A stretch of 64,000 nucleotides of DNA. Origin: a virus. Lineage: Duplodnaviria; Heunggongvirae; Uroviricota; Caudoviricetes. Location of the stretch: IMG/VR virus record IMGVR_UViG_2698536476_000008; one strand, written 5' to 3'. Positions 51,384-62,069 of the stretch are shown here, in pieces. Positions within the stretch are counted from its first letter, which is position 1. The number at the start of each line of letters is the position of its first letter. The notes under the pieces were generated by a model. That model ran no database searches and was not told the origin of the DNA. It saw only the letters and a list, made by a program, of their open reading frames with translations. The position numbers were made by a program, and so were the translations under genes.

Positions 51384-51899
51384 ATGGCGTTAACACACCG
51401 CGAACTCTGTCAAATTGCGTACAAGTTCCTTAAGCGCAACGGGTTCAAGGTTTGTTTTCATGACCGCTTTATAGCTGTAACCAGTACCGGAGAACAGCCA
51501 GATGCTATGGGGTTCAGAAATTCAGCATCATGCCTGATAGAGGCGAAGTGTTCTCGTGCTGACTTGTTGGCAGATAGAAAAAAGCGTTTCCGTAAAAATC
51601 CCTCACTTGGCATGGGCGACTGGCGATTCTTTATTAGTGAGCCGGGAATTATTTCAATTGAGGATTTACCACCTGGCTGGGGATTACTTCACGTTGTTAA
51701 CGGAAGAGTACGGAAAGTACATGGGTGGCCCAAGGGTAATTGCTGTTGGGGTAATCCTGACGATAAGCCATTTACTGGAAATAAGCAGGTTGAATGCGAT
51801 TACATGTTATCTGCATTAAGGCGCATGGAGTTGAGAGGGCACCTTAATGAAATATATGACGGTGTAATTGTTAATAAGAAAGAAGGAAACGCGGCATGA
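51384..51899 (+). CDS. PD-(D/E)xK-type nuclease-like protein (171 aa)
   Basis: ATG 51384 with AAAGGAGAG upstream; EQPD...IEAKCS motif. Confidence 0.45.
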   Translation: MALTHRELCQIAYKFLKRNGFKVCFHDRFIAVTSTGEQPDAMGFRNSASCLIEAKCSRADLLADRKKRFRKNPSLGMGDWRFFISEPGIISIEDLPPGWGLLHVVNGRVRKVHGWPKGNCCWGNPDDKPFTGNKQVECDYMLSALRRMELRGHLNEIYDGVIVNKKEGNAA

Positions 51900-53200
51900 T
51901 CACTATTACCAAAGAGCGACTGCTGACAATCAAGCAGTGGCGCGAAACATACGGACCTGGTAGCAACGTTGTACTGCCAGCAGAAGAAGCGGAAGAGCTG
52001 GCACGGATTGCTCTGGCATCGCTGGAAGCAGAACCGGTGGCATGGACTGATGAAGAGGAACTGCGCGATGTCAGGAAGTATGGTTTCGGTGAGATATTTC
52101 AGTGTCCGCCAGATAAATATGCGGACCCGCGTCGTGTAATCTCGCTGTATCGCGAGCTGCCAGCACCGGTAGTGCCAGATGATTGGCAACTCGTACCTAA
52201 GAAAATAACACTGGAAATGGAATGTGCTCTATCAAAAGCTGATAGCTATGAAATTGGTTGGCTATGGGCATTGGCAGCCGCACCTAAATACGAAGTACAG
52301 AACGCTAAACGCGTGCAAAACGCGCTTAACGCCTGCCGCGCCGCCATGCTTCAGTCCGGAAACTTTCGGGAAAACAAGAATTCGTCAACCAATAATTTTC
52401 GGGAAATCGCGGAAACGTCAACCAACTATCCGGCAATTCCTAGTGAGGTGTTGTCCGCAATCCTGAAGGTTGCCAGGATTCGTGCCGATTTCGATGATTT
52501 TGACGGTGACAGGCGAGGTATCGGTGATTGTCTGGATGAGGCTGAGCAAGAGCTTATCGTTACCATTAACAAATATGCCAGTCAGTTGGCAGCAGAACCG
52601 ATAGCGACTAATGACGTTCGAGAGCAGCAGACAGCCGTTCCGCCAGTTCCGGAAATACAGGATGATGTCGCGCAAGCAATTGAAAATCTCAAGCAGAAGT
52701 TAGTGGAATGCAATCGCTATAACTACTGCGCAGATGCAGTTAAAGGCGTAGAGGATGCCTGCCACGCTGCCATGCTTCAGGGTAGCCAACCTGTAAGCCA
52801 AACTTACAAGTTGCCAGTTAATACACCTTGCCAAGATGCGCCAGCCCATATCTGGCTGCAAACGGCTGGAGTATGGCCAGAAGATGGCGAGTTAAGCGAA
52901 TTAACGTGGTGCAGCCACAATCAGCACCATGATGACACGCTATATGTTCGAGCTGACCTTGTGAATGGCAACTATCCGGTAACTCCGGATAGTTGGATAA
53001 GCTGTAGTGAGCGAATGCCGGATACCAAAACAGCCGTTCTTGTTGCCGTGGAGTTTGACAGGAAAGGTGACTGGCGAATGAAATGGGCGACTTACATCCC
53101 GGGTCATCCTGACGCTAATGATGGGTGGATAATTCCTGGTGCGTCGTGGAAACCGTCACACTGGATGCCGCTACCAGAACCGCCGCAGGAGGCGAAATGA
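51896..53200 (+). CDS. Protein with DUF551-like C-terminus (434 aa)
   Basis: C-terminal ...DGWIIPGASWKPSHWMPLPEPP. Confidence 0.5.
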   Translation: MITITKERLLTIKQWRETYGPGSNVVLPAEEAEELARIALASLEAEPVAWTDEEELRDVRKYGFGEIFQCPPDKYADPRRVISLYRELPAPVVPDDWQLVPKKITLEMECALSKADSYEIGWLWALAAAPKYEVQNAKRVQNALNACRAAMLQSGNFRENKNSSTNNFREIAETSTNYPAIPSEVLSAILKVARIRADFDDFDGDRRGIGDCLDEAEQELIVTINKYASQLAAEPIATNDVREQQTAVPPVPEIQDDVAQAIENLKQKLVECNRYNYCADAVKGVEDACHAAMLQGSQPVSQTYKLPVNTPCQDAPAHIWLQTAGVWPEDGELSELTWCSHNQHHDDTLYVRADLVNGNYPVTPDSWISCSERMPDTKTAVLVAVEFDRKGDWRMKWATYIPGHPDANDGWIIPGASWKPSHWMPLPEPPQEAK

Positions 53201-53457
53201 TGGATGTAAAAGAGAAGGTTTTGCAGGTGATGCGTTCCCGGGCTGCCCTGCAAGATAAAGCTCTCGGCGGGGAATATCCATTCAGGATGGCAACCTGGAA
53301 TCTGCGGTTGGCAATGGAGAAGGAATTTCCTGATGAAGAATGGCGTTCGGCAGATTTGCGCAAAATTCTTATGGAGCTGGCTAAAGATGGAACAGTATCC
53401 AAAGATACCCATGCCAGCCGGATTGGTCAGGCGGTATGGAGACTGGAGGTGAGGTAA
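53197..53457 (+). CDS. Small hypothetical protein (start at internal Met)
   Basis: ATGA overlap with upstream stop. Confidence 0.4.
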   Translation: MMDVKEKVLQVMRSRAALQDKALGGEYPFRMATWNLRLAMEKEFPDEEWRSADLRKILMELAKDGTVSKDTHASRIGQAVWRLEVR

Positions 53458-53533
53458 TAAGCTGGCCTGAAGCATTTGCGATTGTAGGCGTAGCTATGGC
53501 GATTGCCGCTATTTTTATCTTCTGGGGGTAGCG

Positions 53534-53767
53534 ATGGGAAAATTAACTTTTGTAGTCGAATTTGAGGATGGCAAAGAGCCACCTGTTAGCGCCAATCTTG
53601 ATGTTGCTGGTGGCAGGCTGGTTTCGGTTCTATTTGGTGATTACCGCGACGACTTCTTTCAGCCTGAAGAAGTTGATGTAGTGCGAGAAGCATTAAACGA
53701 GCTAAGTGTTGATAACGATGATGCTCATGCGGAAATCATCAAAAAAATGGAACTGCTAACTCACTAA
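53534..53767 (+). CDS. Small acidic protein (77 aa)
   Basis: ORF track. Confidence 0.4.
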   Translation: MGKLTFVVEFEDGKEPPVSANLDVAGGRLVSVLFGDYRDDFFQPEEVDVVREALNELSVDNDDAHAEIIKKMELLTH

Positions 53768-53815
53768 ATTATCAATTATGGTGCTATCACCTACGACACC
53801 GAGAGAAAATTTATA

Positions 53816-53938
53816 ATGTCAAAAGTAAATGTTTTGATTTTTTCAGCAATTGTTGGCTTTGGTTTTACTGCCGGAGTGCAGATTTATATTACGTGGGAAA
53901 AAATCATCAACTACGCATGGAGTTGTTTTATTAAGTGA
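53816..53938 (+). CDS. Small hydrophobic peptide (40 aa)
   Basis: Verified translation MSKVNVLIFSAIVGFGFTAGVQIYITWEKIINYAWSCFIK. Confidence 0.3.
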   Translation: MSKVNVLIFSAIVGFGFTAGVQIYITWEKIINYAWSCFIK

Positions 53939-53945
53939 GGTAAGT

Positions 53946-54239
53946 ATGTGGAGAGGTAATAATCATGGCAAAAGCCAGATGATACTTACCGAATATAAGC
54001 TAGACCACAAAACCAATAAATCACGCTCAGTATATTTGCTCCGGCACAATAGCCGCGTAAGAAATACCGTGCTGGAACAAAATCTGACAGTTGAAATGGA
54101 TAATTGCGGGGGATTCAAGCCAACAATTTCGCTTGATGATTTTCCTCGTGGTTTAAGCGAAAGAGAAGCAATGCTGAAATTAGCAGAATGGCTACAAAGA
54201 TTAAGCATTGCTATTGAAGATAACTGGTCTGAACCTTAA
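53946..54239 (+). CDS. Hypothetical protein (97 aa from internal Met)
   Basis: ORF track frame; TGAGGT before ATG. Confidence 0.4.
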   Translation: MWRGNNHGKSQMILTEYKLDHKTNKSRSVYLLRHNSRVRNTVLEQNLTVEMDNCGGFKPTISLDDFPRGLSEREAMLKLAEWLQRLSIAIEDNWSEP

Positions 54240-54245
54240 ATTTAT

Positions 54246-54620
54246 ATGATGACACTAAAACATTTTCTTGACCGCCCATTATGGGCGGCAGCCGCAGGCT
54301 ATGACTTTAATTATATGGATTGCATGTCTTATACTGCCAATGCATACGACCATTCGTTCATCCTGCTGTTTAATTCTTTAAGAATATTGCCGGAAACAGA
54401 AGTTGGAGAGCTTCATTTATGGCTATTGGGCTTTATCGCGGCTGTCGTTGGTATTGCTGTATGGCCTTTTATTTTCTGGCTGGTGGCTGTTGTAGTGTGG
54501 TTTAAGTGCAAGACATACCGGAAAAAGTATTTCTTAGGTGATGGAATGACTGATATTGCCAAAATGAACATTGAAGAATGGACTAAGGAATGTGAAAAGA
54601 AATGGCGCAAAAAGAAATGA
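54246..54620 (+). CDS. Membrane protein (124 aa)
   Basis: Hydrophobic segment LWLLGFIAAVVGIAVWPFIFWLVAVVVWF. Confidence 0.45.
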   Translation: MMTLKHFLDRPLWAAAAGYDFNYMDCMSYTANAYDHSFILLFNSLRILPETEVGELHLWLLGFIAAVVGIAVWPFIFWLVAVVVWFKCKTYRKKYFLGDGMTDIAKMNIEEWTKECEKKWRKKK

Positions 54621-55252
54621 CCAGAATCACTGAAGAGCGCATATCAGAGATTATTTCCCGTATCGAAATGTATGGTCACGGTGCTGGATATACGGCAGAT
54701 GAAGTATTGGAAATAGCCCAGCAGATGCTGGCCTTGAGACAAAAAGAGCAACATGAAAGTAATACGTGTAGATTGAATTTTGAGCATTGGCTGGAACAGC
54801 AACGCGGAAAAATCGATGTGGACTGTGGTTGTGTGTCCACTGAAACATTCATGCACTGGCTGCGGGTAGCTTACGAGGCTGGCAACTATCCGGATATTCC
54901 GGATAGTTCGGTGCCAGCGCCAGGAAAGGGCGTCACCGGTGAACGTATCCGCATTAAGCCGCATGTTTATCGCGAACTGGTTAACCGTCTCCACGATACA
55001 GCGATCAAGTGTGCTGGCACCCAGCAATTACGAGAAAGAATTAGCCGTGTTTTGGGCGACGTTATTACACCAGATCATCATAAACAAGCCGAGAAAAGTG
55101 ACCTGGAAAGGTGTCACCTTGAGGCGGCATTAAACATTAAGCCGGGGCATACGCTTGGCATTATTGATGCACTATTGGTTCATAAGATGGCCAGGGCTTT
55201 ATTGCCGCTGGTGGCTGAAAAGCATGAGGTGGACCATGCCAACGAAAGCTGA
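54602..55252 (+). CDS. Hypothetical protein (216 aa)
   Basis: ORF track. Confidence 0.45.
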   Translation: MAQKEMTRITEERISEIISRIEMYGHGAGYTADEVLEIAQQMLALRQKEQHESNTCRLNFEHWLEQQRGKIDVDCGCVSTETFMHWLRVAYEAGNYPDIPDSSVPAPGKGVTGERIRIKPHVYRELVNRLHDTAIKCAGTQQLRERISRVLGDVITPDHHKQAEKSDLERCHLEAALNIKPGHTLGIIDALLVHKMARALLPLVAEKHEVDHANES

Positions 55253-55525
55253 ATTACAGGTGCGCGTAGATGAGCTGAAAAAGAGAACGCGAGCCTCAAA
55301 AAAATGCTGTCGCGGGCGGAAAGGGAATTATCAGGCAAATTATTGCCAGAAGAACTGCCACCAGCAGATATACTAGATCGAGTGTCCCAGTGGATGAAGT
55401 CTTTTGGTTTACCGTGGGAGGCTTTTGGTGCTACGACCATCGCAGATGGTGTGATGAACTTGATAGCAATTTTCCCTACTTTGCGGAAGGGAACACCTGC
55501 CCTCAATGCAGGGGATAGCATTTGA
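55236..55525 (+). pseudogene. Small coiled-coil gene interrupted by a frameshift at an A7 tract
   Basis: ATG 55236 (GAGGTGG upstream) reads MPTKAELQVRVDELKKRTRASKK then A7 at 55298-55304; the +1 frame continues MLSRAERELSGKLLPEEL... to 55525. Confidence 0.35.
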
Positions 55526-55853
55526 CGAAATCGATCACCCTATCCTGAACTTCAGAAAGAAGGTCTTTTTCACGCGCCAGGACGTCAGGATATTGACGTT
55601 CTGGCCTTACCAGATGCCGGAACTTCCCATTAAGCAGAATGGCCTCAGAAAACACTTTTACGCTGTGCTTTATCCCCTCTGTTTCACTTTTCAGCGTCAA
55701 AATAAAGCGCAATTGCTTATTAGCCTGATTCGGATTCAATACACGAATTTGCAGTTCGTCTATGCTGTTTCGCAATGGGATTGATGCCACCACACTGGTG
55801 CAGTCTCTGATTGTCTGAATTGAACGGCTAACATTGAGAACGTTATTGTGCAT
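55503..55853 (-). CDS. Hypothetical protein (116 aa), lone minus-strand gene
   Basis: ORF track. Confidence 0.4.
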   Translation of the reverse strand: MHNNVLNVSRSIQTIRDCTSVVASIPLRNSIDELQIRVLNPNQANKQLRFILTLKSETEGIKHSVKVFSEAILLNGKFRHLVRPERQYPDVLAREKDLLSEVQDRVIDFVKCYPLH

Positions 55854-55885
55854 GTGCCTGATCCACTAACTCCTGGAGGTTTCTT

Positions 55886-56137
55886 GTGTCAGATCGAAAT
55901 ATAGCAGCTAAAAGCCAGGAAGAGCGAGACAAGGTGAACGTAGACCTTGCCGCCAGCGGCGTTGCTTACAAAGAACGGCTGAATATACCTGTGATTGCAG
56001 AGCAGGTGGCCCGTGAGCAACCGGAAAACCTGCGCGCCTATTTCATGGAACGGCTACGGCACTACCGGCAGTTAAGCCTCCAGTTGCCAAAAGGGAGCGA
56101 TCCGGTGTATCAGAACGAGGATGCACCAAAAAAATAA
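55886..56137 (+). CDS. hot: DNA polymerase III theta-subunit homolog
   Basis: [46 protein letters not shown] resembles E. coli HolE as recalled. Confidence 0.7.
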   Translation: MSDRNIAAKSQEERDKVNVDLAASGVAYKERLNIPVIAEQVAREQPENLRAYFMERLRHYRQLSLQLPKGSDPVYQNEDAPKK

Positions 56138-56224
56138 CGGCAAGATGGGGGAGAAATGTGATTAGCCCCCAGCGTGGCGCGCCTACAAACCCCGCTTTCA
56201 CAAACTATGCCTTTTCAATGTATA

Positions 56225-56240
56225 CTGTATGAATAAACAG
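56225..56240 (+). promoter_or_regulatory. LexA box upstream of humD
   Basis: CTGTATGAATAAACAG matches CTGT-N8-ACAG. Confidence 0.7.
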
Positions 56241-56260
56241 TATCATTGAGGTAAAACGCT

Positions 56261-56650
56261 ATGGGCTTCCCTTCTCCTGCGGCGGATTATGTTGAAAGCC
56301 GAATTTCTCTTGATCAGCAGATAATTAGACATCCATCAGCAACCTACTTCATGCGGGCAGCTGATAGCCATCACCGTGAGGGAATATTGCAGGGTGCTTT
56401 GCTGGTGGTTGATTCTTCGCTTACTCCAGTTGATGGTTCGCTGCTTGTGTGCGCTATGGAGGGTGAATATCGCATAAAGAGATACAGGAAGTATCCGCGC
56501 CAGCACCTGGAGGATTTAAGCACCGGGAAGAAAGAGGCGTTACCAGTAGATGACGATGGATGCACGGGCAGTAATGCTGTTTTTGGTGTGATCACTCATG
56601 TCATCAATGATGCCCGAAGTGGGGAGTTTGATGATTGTCCGGTTATTTAA
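56261..56650 (+). CDS. humD: UmuD'-like S24 peptidase-fold protein
   Basis: UmuD-like pattern; LexA box upstream; position before phd-doc. Confidence 0.7.
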   Translation: MGFPSPAADYVESRISLDQQIIRHPSATYFMRAADSHHREGILQGALLVVDSSLTPVDGSLLVCAMEGEYRIKRYRKYPRQHLEDLSTGKKEALPVDDDGCTGSNAVFGVITHVINDARSGEFDDCPVI

Positions 56651-56691
56651 GCTGCAAAGGGCTGGTGCTTTATGCCTGTGAGGTTTATAAT

Positions 56692-56713
56692 TGTGTACAC
56701 ATAACGAGTACAC
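56692..56713 (+). promoter_or_regulatory. phd-doc operator palindromes
   Basis: Perfect palindrome TGTGTACACA and adjacent GAGTACAC just downstream of TTTATAAT. Confidence 0.6.
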
Positions 56714-56722
56714 GAGGTGTTT

Positions 56723-56944
56723 ATGCAATCCATTAACTTCCGTACCGCGCGCGGCAACCTTTCTGAAGTGCTCAACAATGTTGAAGCCGGGGAAGAGGTT
56801 GAAATCACCCGCAGAGGCCGTGAGCCAGCAGTAATTGTCAGCAAGGCTACTTTCGAAGCCTACAAAAAAGCGGCGCTGGATGCTGAATTTGCATCCCTGT
56901 TTGACACCCTGGACTCCACCAACAAGGAACTGGTTAACCGATAA
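56723..56944 (+). CDS. phd: Phd antitoxin (73 aa)
   Basis: [73 protein letters not shown]; matches P1 Phd as recalled. Confidence 0.9.
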
Positions 56945-57324
56945 TGAGGCATATATCACCGGAAGAACTTATTGCGCTTCATGATGCGAATATAAGCCGC
57001 TACGGCGGCCTGCCGGGAATGTCTGATCCGGGTAGGGCAGAGGCCATTATCGGGAGAGTTCAGGCCAGAGTTGCCTACGAAGAGATCACCGACCTTTTCG
57101 AAGTCTCCGCCACCTACCTGGTGGCTACAGCGAGAGGGCATATATTCAATGATGCCAATAAGCGTACCGCGCTAAACAGTGCGCTGCTATTTCTACGCCG
57201 TAACGGGGTGCAGGTATTTGATTCACCTGAACTGGCAGACCTTACTGTAGGCGCTGCGACTGGCGAGATATCTGTATCTTCTGTCGCCGACACGTTACGT
57301 AGATTGTATGGTTCTGCGGAGTAG
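56944..57324 (+). CDS. doc: Doc toxin, Fic-fold (126 aa)
   Basis: [11 protein letters not shown] motif; 1-nt overlap with phd stop. Confidence 0.9.
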
Positions 57325-57508
57325 ATTAATGGCACGCAAATACAACAAATTGTCCCGTGAAGCGTTAAAGATGCTTCTTGATGGCGTGAGTCGCCGCAAG
57401 GTAAAGCAATACCTGGTTGGTAAGCAAATTGGAGTCAGGACCGCTATTGCTGTGTTATGCCGTCAGGAAATGGTTGTGCTTAAACAGAGAATGCCGGGCA
57501 GCATATAA
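57308..57508 (+). CDS. Small basic protein (66 aa)
   Basis: ORF track. Confidence 0.35.
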
Positions 57509-57535
57509 AGCCCAATCAGTGATTAAAGGTGTGAT

Positions 57536-58579
57536 GTGAAAGCCGTAATTACTCCCTTTGTACAGAAAGAACTTGGCCTCGCCACGTTCAAAGTGGATCA
57601 GGAGGTCAGAAAGCTGGTGGAGGCTGGCCGTAAATTTATTATGGAGCCGGTGCCGCGTGAGTTAATCGAGCACATGGACGACGGCCTCGTTGCTTCCGAG
57701 CAAACTATAGCAACAAATGAGGCGTTGCAGCCGTTTTTTAACAGCGATGAACTGTTTCGCCGTATTGGTGGAATTGACGCGCTGGTGGCGTGGTTGCGCA
57801 GGAAAGAGGGGCAATGCCAGGCCGCAGATCGTAGCTGGTGTGACAACCATATTGTCCACGCTGAACGAGACAATAGCGCGGTGTTGTTGTGCTGGCATCA
57901 CGATAACCATTACCGGATGCGTGGTTTTAATGAGCTGAAAGAAACGCTGCACAATAATCGCGTTAACTGGATACTGGATGTCGCCCGTCAGGAAATGGGC
58001 CTTTCAGATAGCCATGATTTAAGTATTCAGGAGCTGTGCTGGTGGGCTTTCATGCGTAACATGATGCACCTGATGCCGGAAGAAGTCTGCCGCATATCAA
58101 TAAATAAGATGAAGGCTGCTCCGCAGGATAGCGGACCTCTGAAAGAGGCGGATATTCGCCCGTATGACGATCGCGCTACAGCATATGTTCAGATGATGGA
58201 AGAACGCGCCGCGCCGATGCGTGCAAAAGTATGCCCTGTGGATGTTGACTCCGACCCAGGTATGGCGCATTTCAAAATACCAAAACTTCAATCGCTAAAA
58301 TTGCCCGAGTACATGGACTTTGTGGCTTCCCGTCCATGCTGTGGCTGTGGAGCTGCGGGAGCTGGCGCTCACATTACGCCTTATATCGTTCGTCATAGTC
58401 GATTATGCGCGCATGACATTTACGCAATTCCTCTGTGCCAGTCATGCCAGCGTGATATTGAGCGTGACCGCGATAATTGGGAGAAGACGCACGGTAGGCT
58501 GGCGATGCATCAACGATTGTTCTTTGATTACGCGCTTGGAGTCGGCGCTATCACAAGTTACTCGTCGAGCGTTAGATAA
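57536..58579 (+). CDS. Cys/His-rich protein with possible HNH-like C-terminal motif (347 aa)
   Basis: [38 protein letters not shown]. Confidence 0.45.
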   Translation: MKAVITPFVQKELGLATFKVDQEVRKLVEAGRKFIMEPVPRELIEHMDDGLVASEQTIATNEALQPFFNSDELFRRIGGIDALVAWLRRKEGQCQAADRSWCDNHIVHAERDNSAVLLCWHHDNHYRMRGFNELKETLHNNRVNWILDVARQEMGLSDSHDLSIQELCWWAFMRNMMHLMPEEVCRISINKMKAAPQDSGPLKEADIRPYDDRATAYVQMMEERAAPMRAKVCPVDVDSDPGMAHFKIPKLQSLKLPEYMDFVASRPCCGCGAAGAGAHITPYIVRHSRLCAHDIYAIPLCQSCQRDIERDRDNWEKTHGRLAMHQRLFFDYALGVGAITSYSSSVR

Positions 58580-58580
58580 A

Positions 58581-58597
58581 ATTGCTCTAATGTATTG
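58581..58597 (+). promoter_or_regulatory. C1-operator-like site upstream of lpa
   Basis: ATTGCTCTAATGTATTG. Confidence 0.55.
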
Positions 58598-58667
58598 CTA
58601 TTTCTTTAATCGATGGTATTATATTCCACGTTGATTAGTTGACATGGGCTAATCAGTAGGTGACAGG

Positions 58668-59120
58668 ATGTTACTTAACTGGCAGGGACGCCACTTCATG
58701 GAAATAAATCACTCACGAATAACATCGTACGAGATTGCGAATTACATGATCCGCACTAAATCTCTTCTATCAGCGAAAGAACTCGCAGCAATTCTTGAAA
58801 AGGAATACCCGCATCTGGATGTCGATAAGCGCGACGTTTATCTGCGCTTAAAGGCTATCGCTGTGTCTAAGTATTCGTCTGTTTTGATTGATGACAGTAC
58901 ACGCCCACGTAGATTTCAGATCCACTCTCTGAATCCTGAATTCTTTCGCCGCAGCCGCGCGCCGCGCCGGTTTGATGAAAAACTCCAGAACGAACTCTAT
59001 ATGACGCAGGACGAAAAGGAACGCCGGGAACACCAGCCTTGGGTAATGGCGCGTCAACTTTTCAATAAGGTAGCCCGTCAGCACCGTCATTACGGTAATG
59101 CCACATCCGCACGTATCTGA
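58668..59120 (+). CDS. lpa: Late promoter activator Lpa-like protein (150 aa)
   Basis: Position immediately upstream of pacA and behind a C1-operator-like site, as recalled for P1. Confidence 0.55.
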   Translation: MLLNWQGRHFMEINHSRITSYEIANYMIRTKSLLSAKELAAILEKEYPHLDVDKRDVYLRLKAIAVSKYSSVLIDDSTRPRRFQIHSLNPEFFRRSRAPRRFDEKLQNELYMTQDEKERREHQPWVMARQLFNKVARQHRHYGNATSARI

Positions 59121-59205
59121 TTGATTGCTTGCCCGTTCCGGGCCTTTTGACATGTGACTTTCGTTACCCTCGCGTCAAAAAGAGTTTTTACGAAAGGAAG
59201 CATAA

Positions 59206-60399
59206 GTGACCTGGGACGATCACAAGAAGAATTTTGCTCGCCTGGCGCGAGATGGTGGTTACACCATCGCACAGTATGCCGCCGAGTTTAATCTTAACCC
59301 TAATACCGCACGTCGTTATCTCCGTGCCTTCAAAGAAGACACCAGGACAGCGGACAGCCGCAAGCCAAATAAGCCAGTCAGGAAGCCACTAAAAAGCATG
59401 ATCATTGATCACTCTAATGATCAACATGCAGGTGATCACATTGCGGCTGAAACAGCGGAAAAACAAAGAGTTAATGCCGTTGTCAGTGCCGCAGTCGAGA
59501 ATGCGAAGCGCCAAAATAAGCGCATAAATGATCGTTCAGATGATCATGACGTGATCACCCGCGCCCACCGGACCTTACGTGATCGCCTGGAACGCGACAC
59601 CCTGGATGATGATGGTGAACGCTTTGAATTCGAAGCTGGCGATTACCTGATAGATAACGTTGAAGCGCGGAAGGCCGCGCGCGCTATGTTGCGTCGGTCC
59701 GGGGCCGATGTTCTGGAAACCACTCTTCTGGAAAAGTCTCTTTCTCATCTCCTTATGCTGGAGAACGCCAGGGATACGTGTATTCGCCTGGTGCAGGAAA
59801 TGCGCGATCAGCAAAAAGACGATGATGAAGGTACTCCGCCTGAATACCGTATCGCGAGCATGCTAAACAGCTGTTCCGCGCAGATAAGCAGTCTGATCAA
59901 CACCATTTACAGCATCCGGAATAACTATCGAAAAGAAAGCCGGGAGGCGGAAAAGCACGCTTTGTCTATGGGGCAAGCTGGCATTGTTAAGCTGGCATAT
60001 GAACGAAAGCGTGAAAATAACTGGTCAGTGCTGGAAGCAGCTGAATTCATCGAGGCGCATGGTGGGAAAGTTCCGCCCCTGATGCTGGAGCAAATCAAAG
60101 CCGATCTGCGTGCTCCTAAGACCAATACCGATGATGAGGAAAGGCAAACAGCCGTCGGTGGCCCTTCTCTTGACGATCTGGACAAAGTTGCGCGAGAACG
60201 GGCCGCCAACCGCCGCGCCGATGCCGCATTGTGGATTGAGCAGCGTAGGGAAGAAATCGCCGATATCGTTGATACAGGCGGTTATGGAGATGTTGATACT
60301 GAAGGTGTATCAAACGACCCATGGCTGGAACAAGACCTGGACGAAGACGAGGAGGAAGACGAAGAAGTTACCCGCAAGCTATACGGGGATGATGATTAA
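59206..60399 (+). CDS. pacA: Terminase small subunit PacA (397 aa), GTG start
   Basis: AAAGGAAG upstream of GTG; contains pac hexamer clusters; acidic C-terminus; size as recalled for P1 PacA. Confidence 0.85.
   Translation: MTWDDHKKNFARLARDGGYTIAQYAAEFNLNPNTARRYLRAFKEDTRTADSRKPNKPVRKPLKSMIIDHSNDQHAGDHIAAETAEKQRVNAVVSAAVENAKRQNKRINDRSDDHDVITRAHRTLRDRLERDTLDDDGERFEFEAGDYLIDNVEARKAARAMLRRSGADVLETTLLEKSLSHLLMLENARDTCIRLVQEMRDQQKDDDEGTPPEYRIASMLNSCSAQISSLINTIYSIRNNYRKESREAEKHALSMGQAGIVKLAYERKRENNWSVLEAAEFIEAHGGKVPPLMLEQIKADLRAPKTNTDDEERQTAVGGPSLDDLDKVARERAANRRADAALWIEQRREEIADIVDTGGYGDVDTEGVSNDPWLEQDLDEDEEEDEEVTRKLYGDDD
59399..59585. other. pac: pac packaging site: two clusters of TGATCA/G hexamers
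   Basis: TGATCA at 59399, 59406, 59418, 59433; TGATCG/TGATCA at 59529, 59541, 59552, 59580. Confidence 0.8.
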
Positions 60400-61883
60400 T
60401 GGCCAGAAGTTGCGTAACGGATCCTCGTTGGCGCGAGCTGGTGGCGCTATATCGTTATGACTGGATTGCTGCCGCTGATGTTTTGTTCGGCAAAACACCT
60501 ACCTGGCAGCAGGATCTGATTATTGAGTCTGTGCAGGAACAGGGTAGCAAGACATCTGTTTCGTCTGGTCACGGTACCGGGAAATCAGACATGACTTCTA
60601 TCATGATCATGTTGTTCATAATCATGTATCCCGGTGCCCGCGCCATTATCGTTGCGAACAAAATTCAGCAGGTAATGACCGGTATATTCAAGTACATCAA
60701 GATAAACTGGGCTACTGCCACCAGCCGTTTTCCATGGCTTGCTGATTATTTTGTTCTGACAGAAACCGCTTTCTATGAGGTTACTGGTAAAGGTGTATGG
60801 ACTGTAGTACCGAAGGGCTTTCGTCTGGGAAGTGAAGAAGCTCTCGCCGGTGAACACGCAGATCATCTTCTGTATATTATCGATGAAGCCTCCGGTGTCA
60901 GTGATAGAGCTTTCGGTATCATCACCGGTGCTCTTACCGGACAGGATAACCGCATCTTATTACTGTCACAGCCTACACGCCCAAGCGGCTATTTCTACGA
61001 TACTCACCATAAACTGGCCAAGCGTCCTGGTAACCCAGATGGCGTTTATACGGCGATCACGCTTAACAGTGAGGAATCACCGCTGGTAACGCCAGAATTT
61101 ATCAAAATGAAGCTGGCGGAGTACGGCGGGCGTGATAACCCTATGTACATGATTAAGGTGCGCGGCCTATTCCCTAAATCACAGGACGGCTTCCTTCTTG
61201 GACGTGATGAGGTTGAACGTGCAACGCGGCGGAAAGTTAAGATTGCCAAAGGATGGGGCTGGCTTGCATGTGTGGACGTTGCTGGTGGTACGGGACGGGA
61301 TAAGTCAGTTATCAATATCATGATGGTGTCCGGCCAGCGAAATAAACGCCGTGTAATCAACTATCGAATGCTGGAATACACAGACGTTACAGAAACGCAG
61401 CTTGCCGCCAAAATTTTCGCAGAATGTAATCCTGAGCGATTCCCCAATATCACCATAGCGATAGATGGCGATGGCCTGGGTAAAGCAACAGCGGATCTGA
61501 TGTACGAGTATTATGGTATTACCGTACAGCGTATACGCTGGGGTAAAAAGATGCATAGCCGTGAAGATAAGAGCCTGTACTTTGATAAACGTGCTTATGC
61601 CAACGTTCAAGCCGCAGAGGCCGTAAAATCTGGTCGTATGAGACTGGATAAGGGTAATGAAACTATTGAGGAAGCGTCGAAAATCCCTGTAGGGATTAAC
61701 TCCGCAGGTCAATGGAAGGTGATGAGTAAGGAGGATATGAAGAAAAAACTCAACCTGCACTCACCAGACCATTGGGATACATATTGTTTCGCTATGCTGG
61801 CGGATTATGTTCCCCAGGATGAAGTGCTTAGCGTCGAAGACGAAGCGCAGGTTGATGAAGCTCTGGCATGGCTTAATGAATGA
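60399..61883 (+). CDS. pacB: Terminase large subunit PacB (494 aa)
   Basis: Walker [10 protein letters not shown]; size as recalled for P1 PacB. Confidence 0.85.
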   Translation: MARSCVTDPRWRELVALYRYDWIAAADVLFGKTPTWQQDLIIESVQEQGSKTSVSSGHGTGKSDMTSIMIMLFIIMYPGARAIIVANKIQQVMTGIFKYIKINWATATSRFPWLADYFVLTETAFYEVTGKGVWTVVPKGFRLGSEEALAGEHADHLLYIIDEASGVSDRAFGIITGALTGQDNRILLLSQPTRPSGYFYDTHHKLAKRPGNPDGVYTAITLNSEESPLVTPEFIKMKLAEYGGRDNPMYMIKVRGLFPKSQDGFLLGRDEVERATRRKVKIAKGWGWLACVDVAGGTGRDKSVINIMMVSGQRNKRRVINYRMLEYTDVTETQLAAKIFAECNPERFPNITIAIDGDGLGKATADLMYEYYGITVQRIRWGKKMHSREDKSLYFDKRAYANVQAAEAVKSGRMRLDKGNETIEEASKIPVGINSAGQWKVMSKEDMKKKLNLHSPDHWDTYCFAMLADYVPQDEVLSVEDEAQVDEALAWLNE

Positions 61884-61886
61884 ATA

Positions 61887-61903
61887 TTTGCTCTAATAAA
61901 TTG
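61887..61903 (+). promoter_or_regulatory. C1-operator-like site upstream of second icd-ant locus
   Basis: TTTGCTCTAATAAATTG. Confidence 0.6.
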
Positions 61904-62069
61904 TGTTTTTTAGCTACCGATGTTACATTGAACCTGACCTCTTGCGCCTTGAGGCATTTTCGGTTTATGCTTATCAGGCACCTCATTAAAACGGGTGCCG
62001 GGATTGGCCTCCCGCTTAAGTCTAAGGCGATACAGACGCCGCTCGCGTCTTTTTTTGTATCGGCGTACA

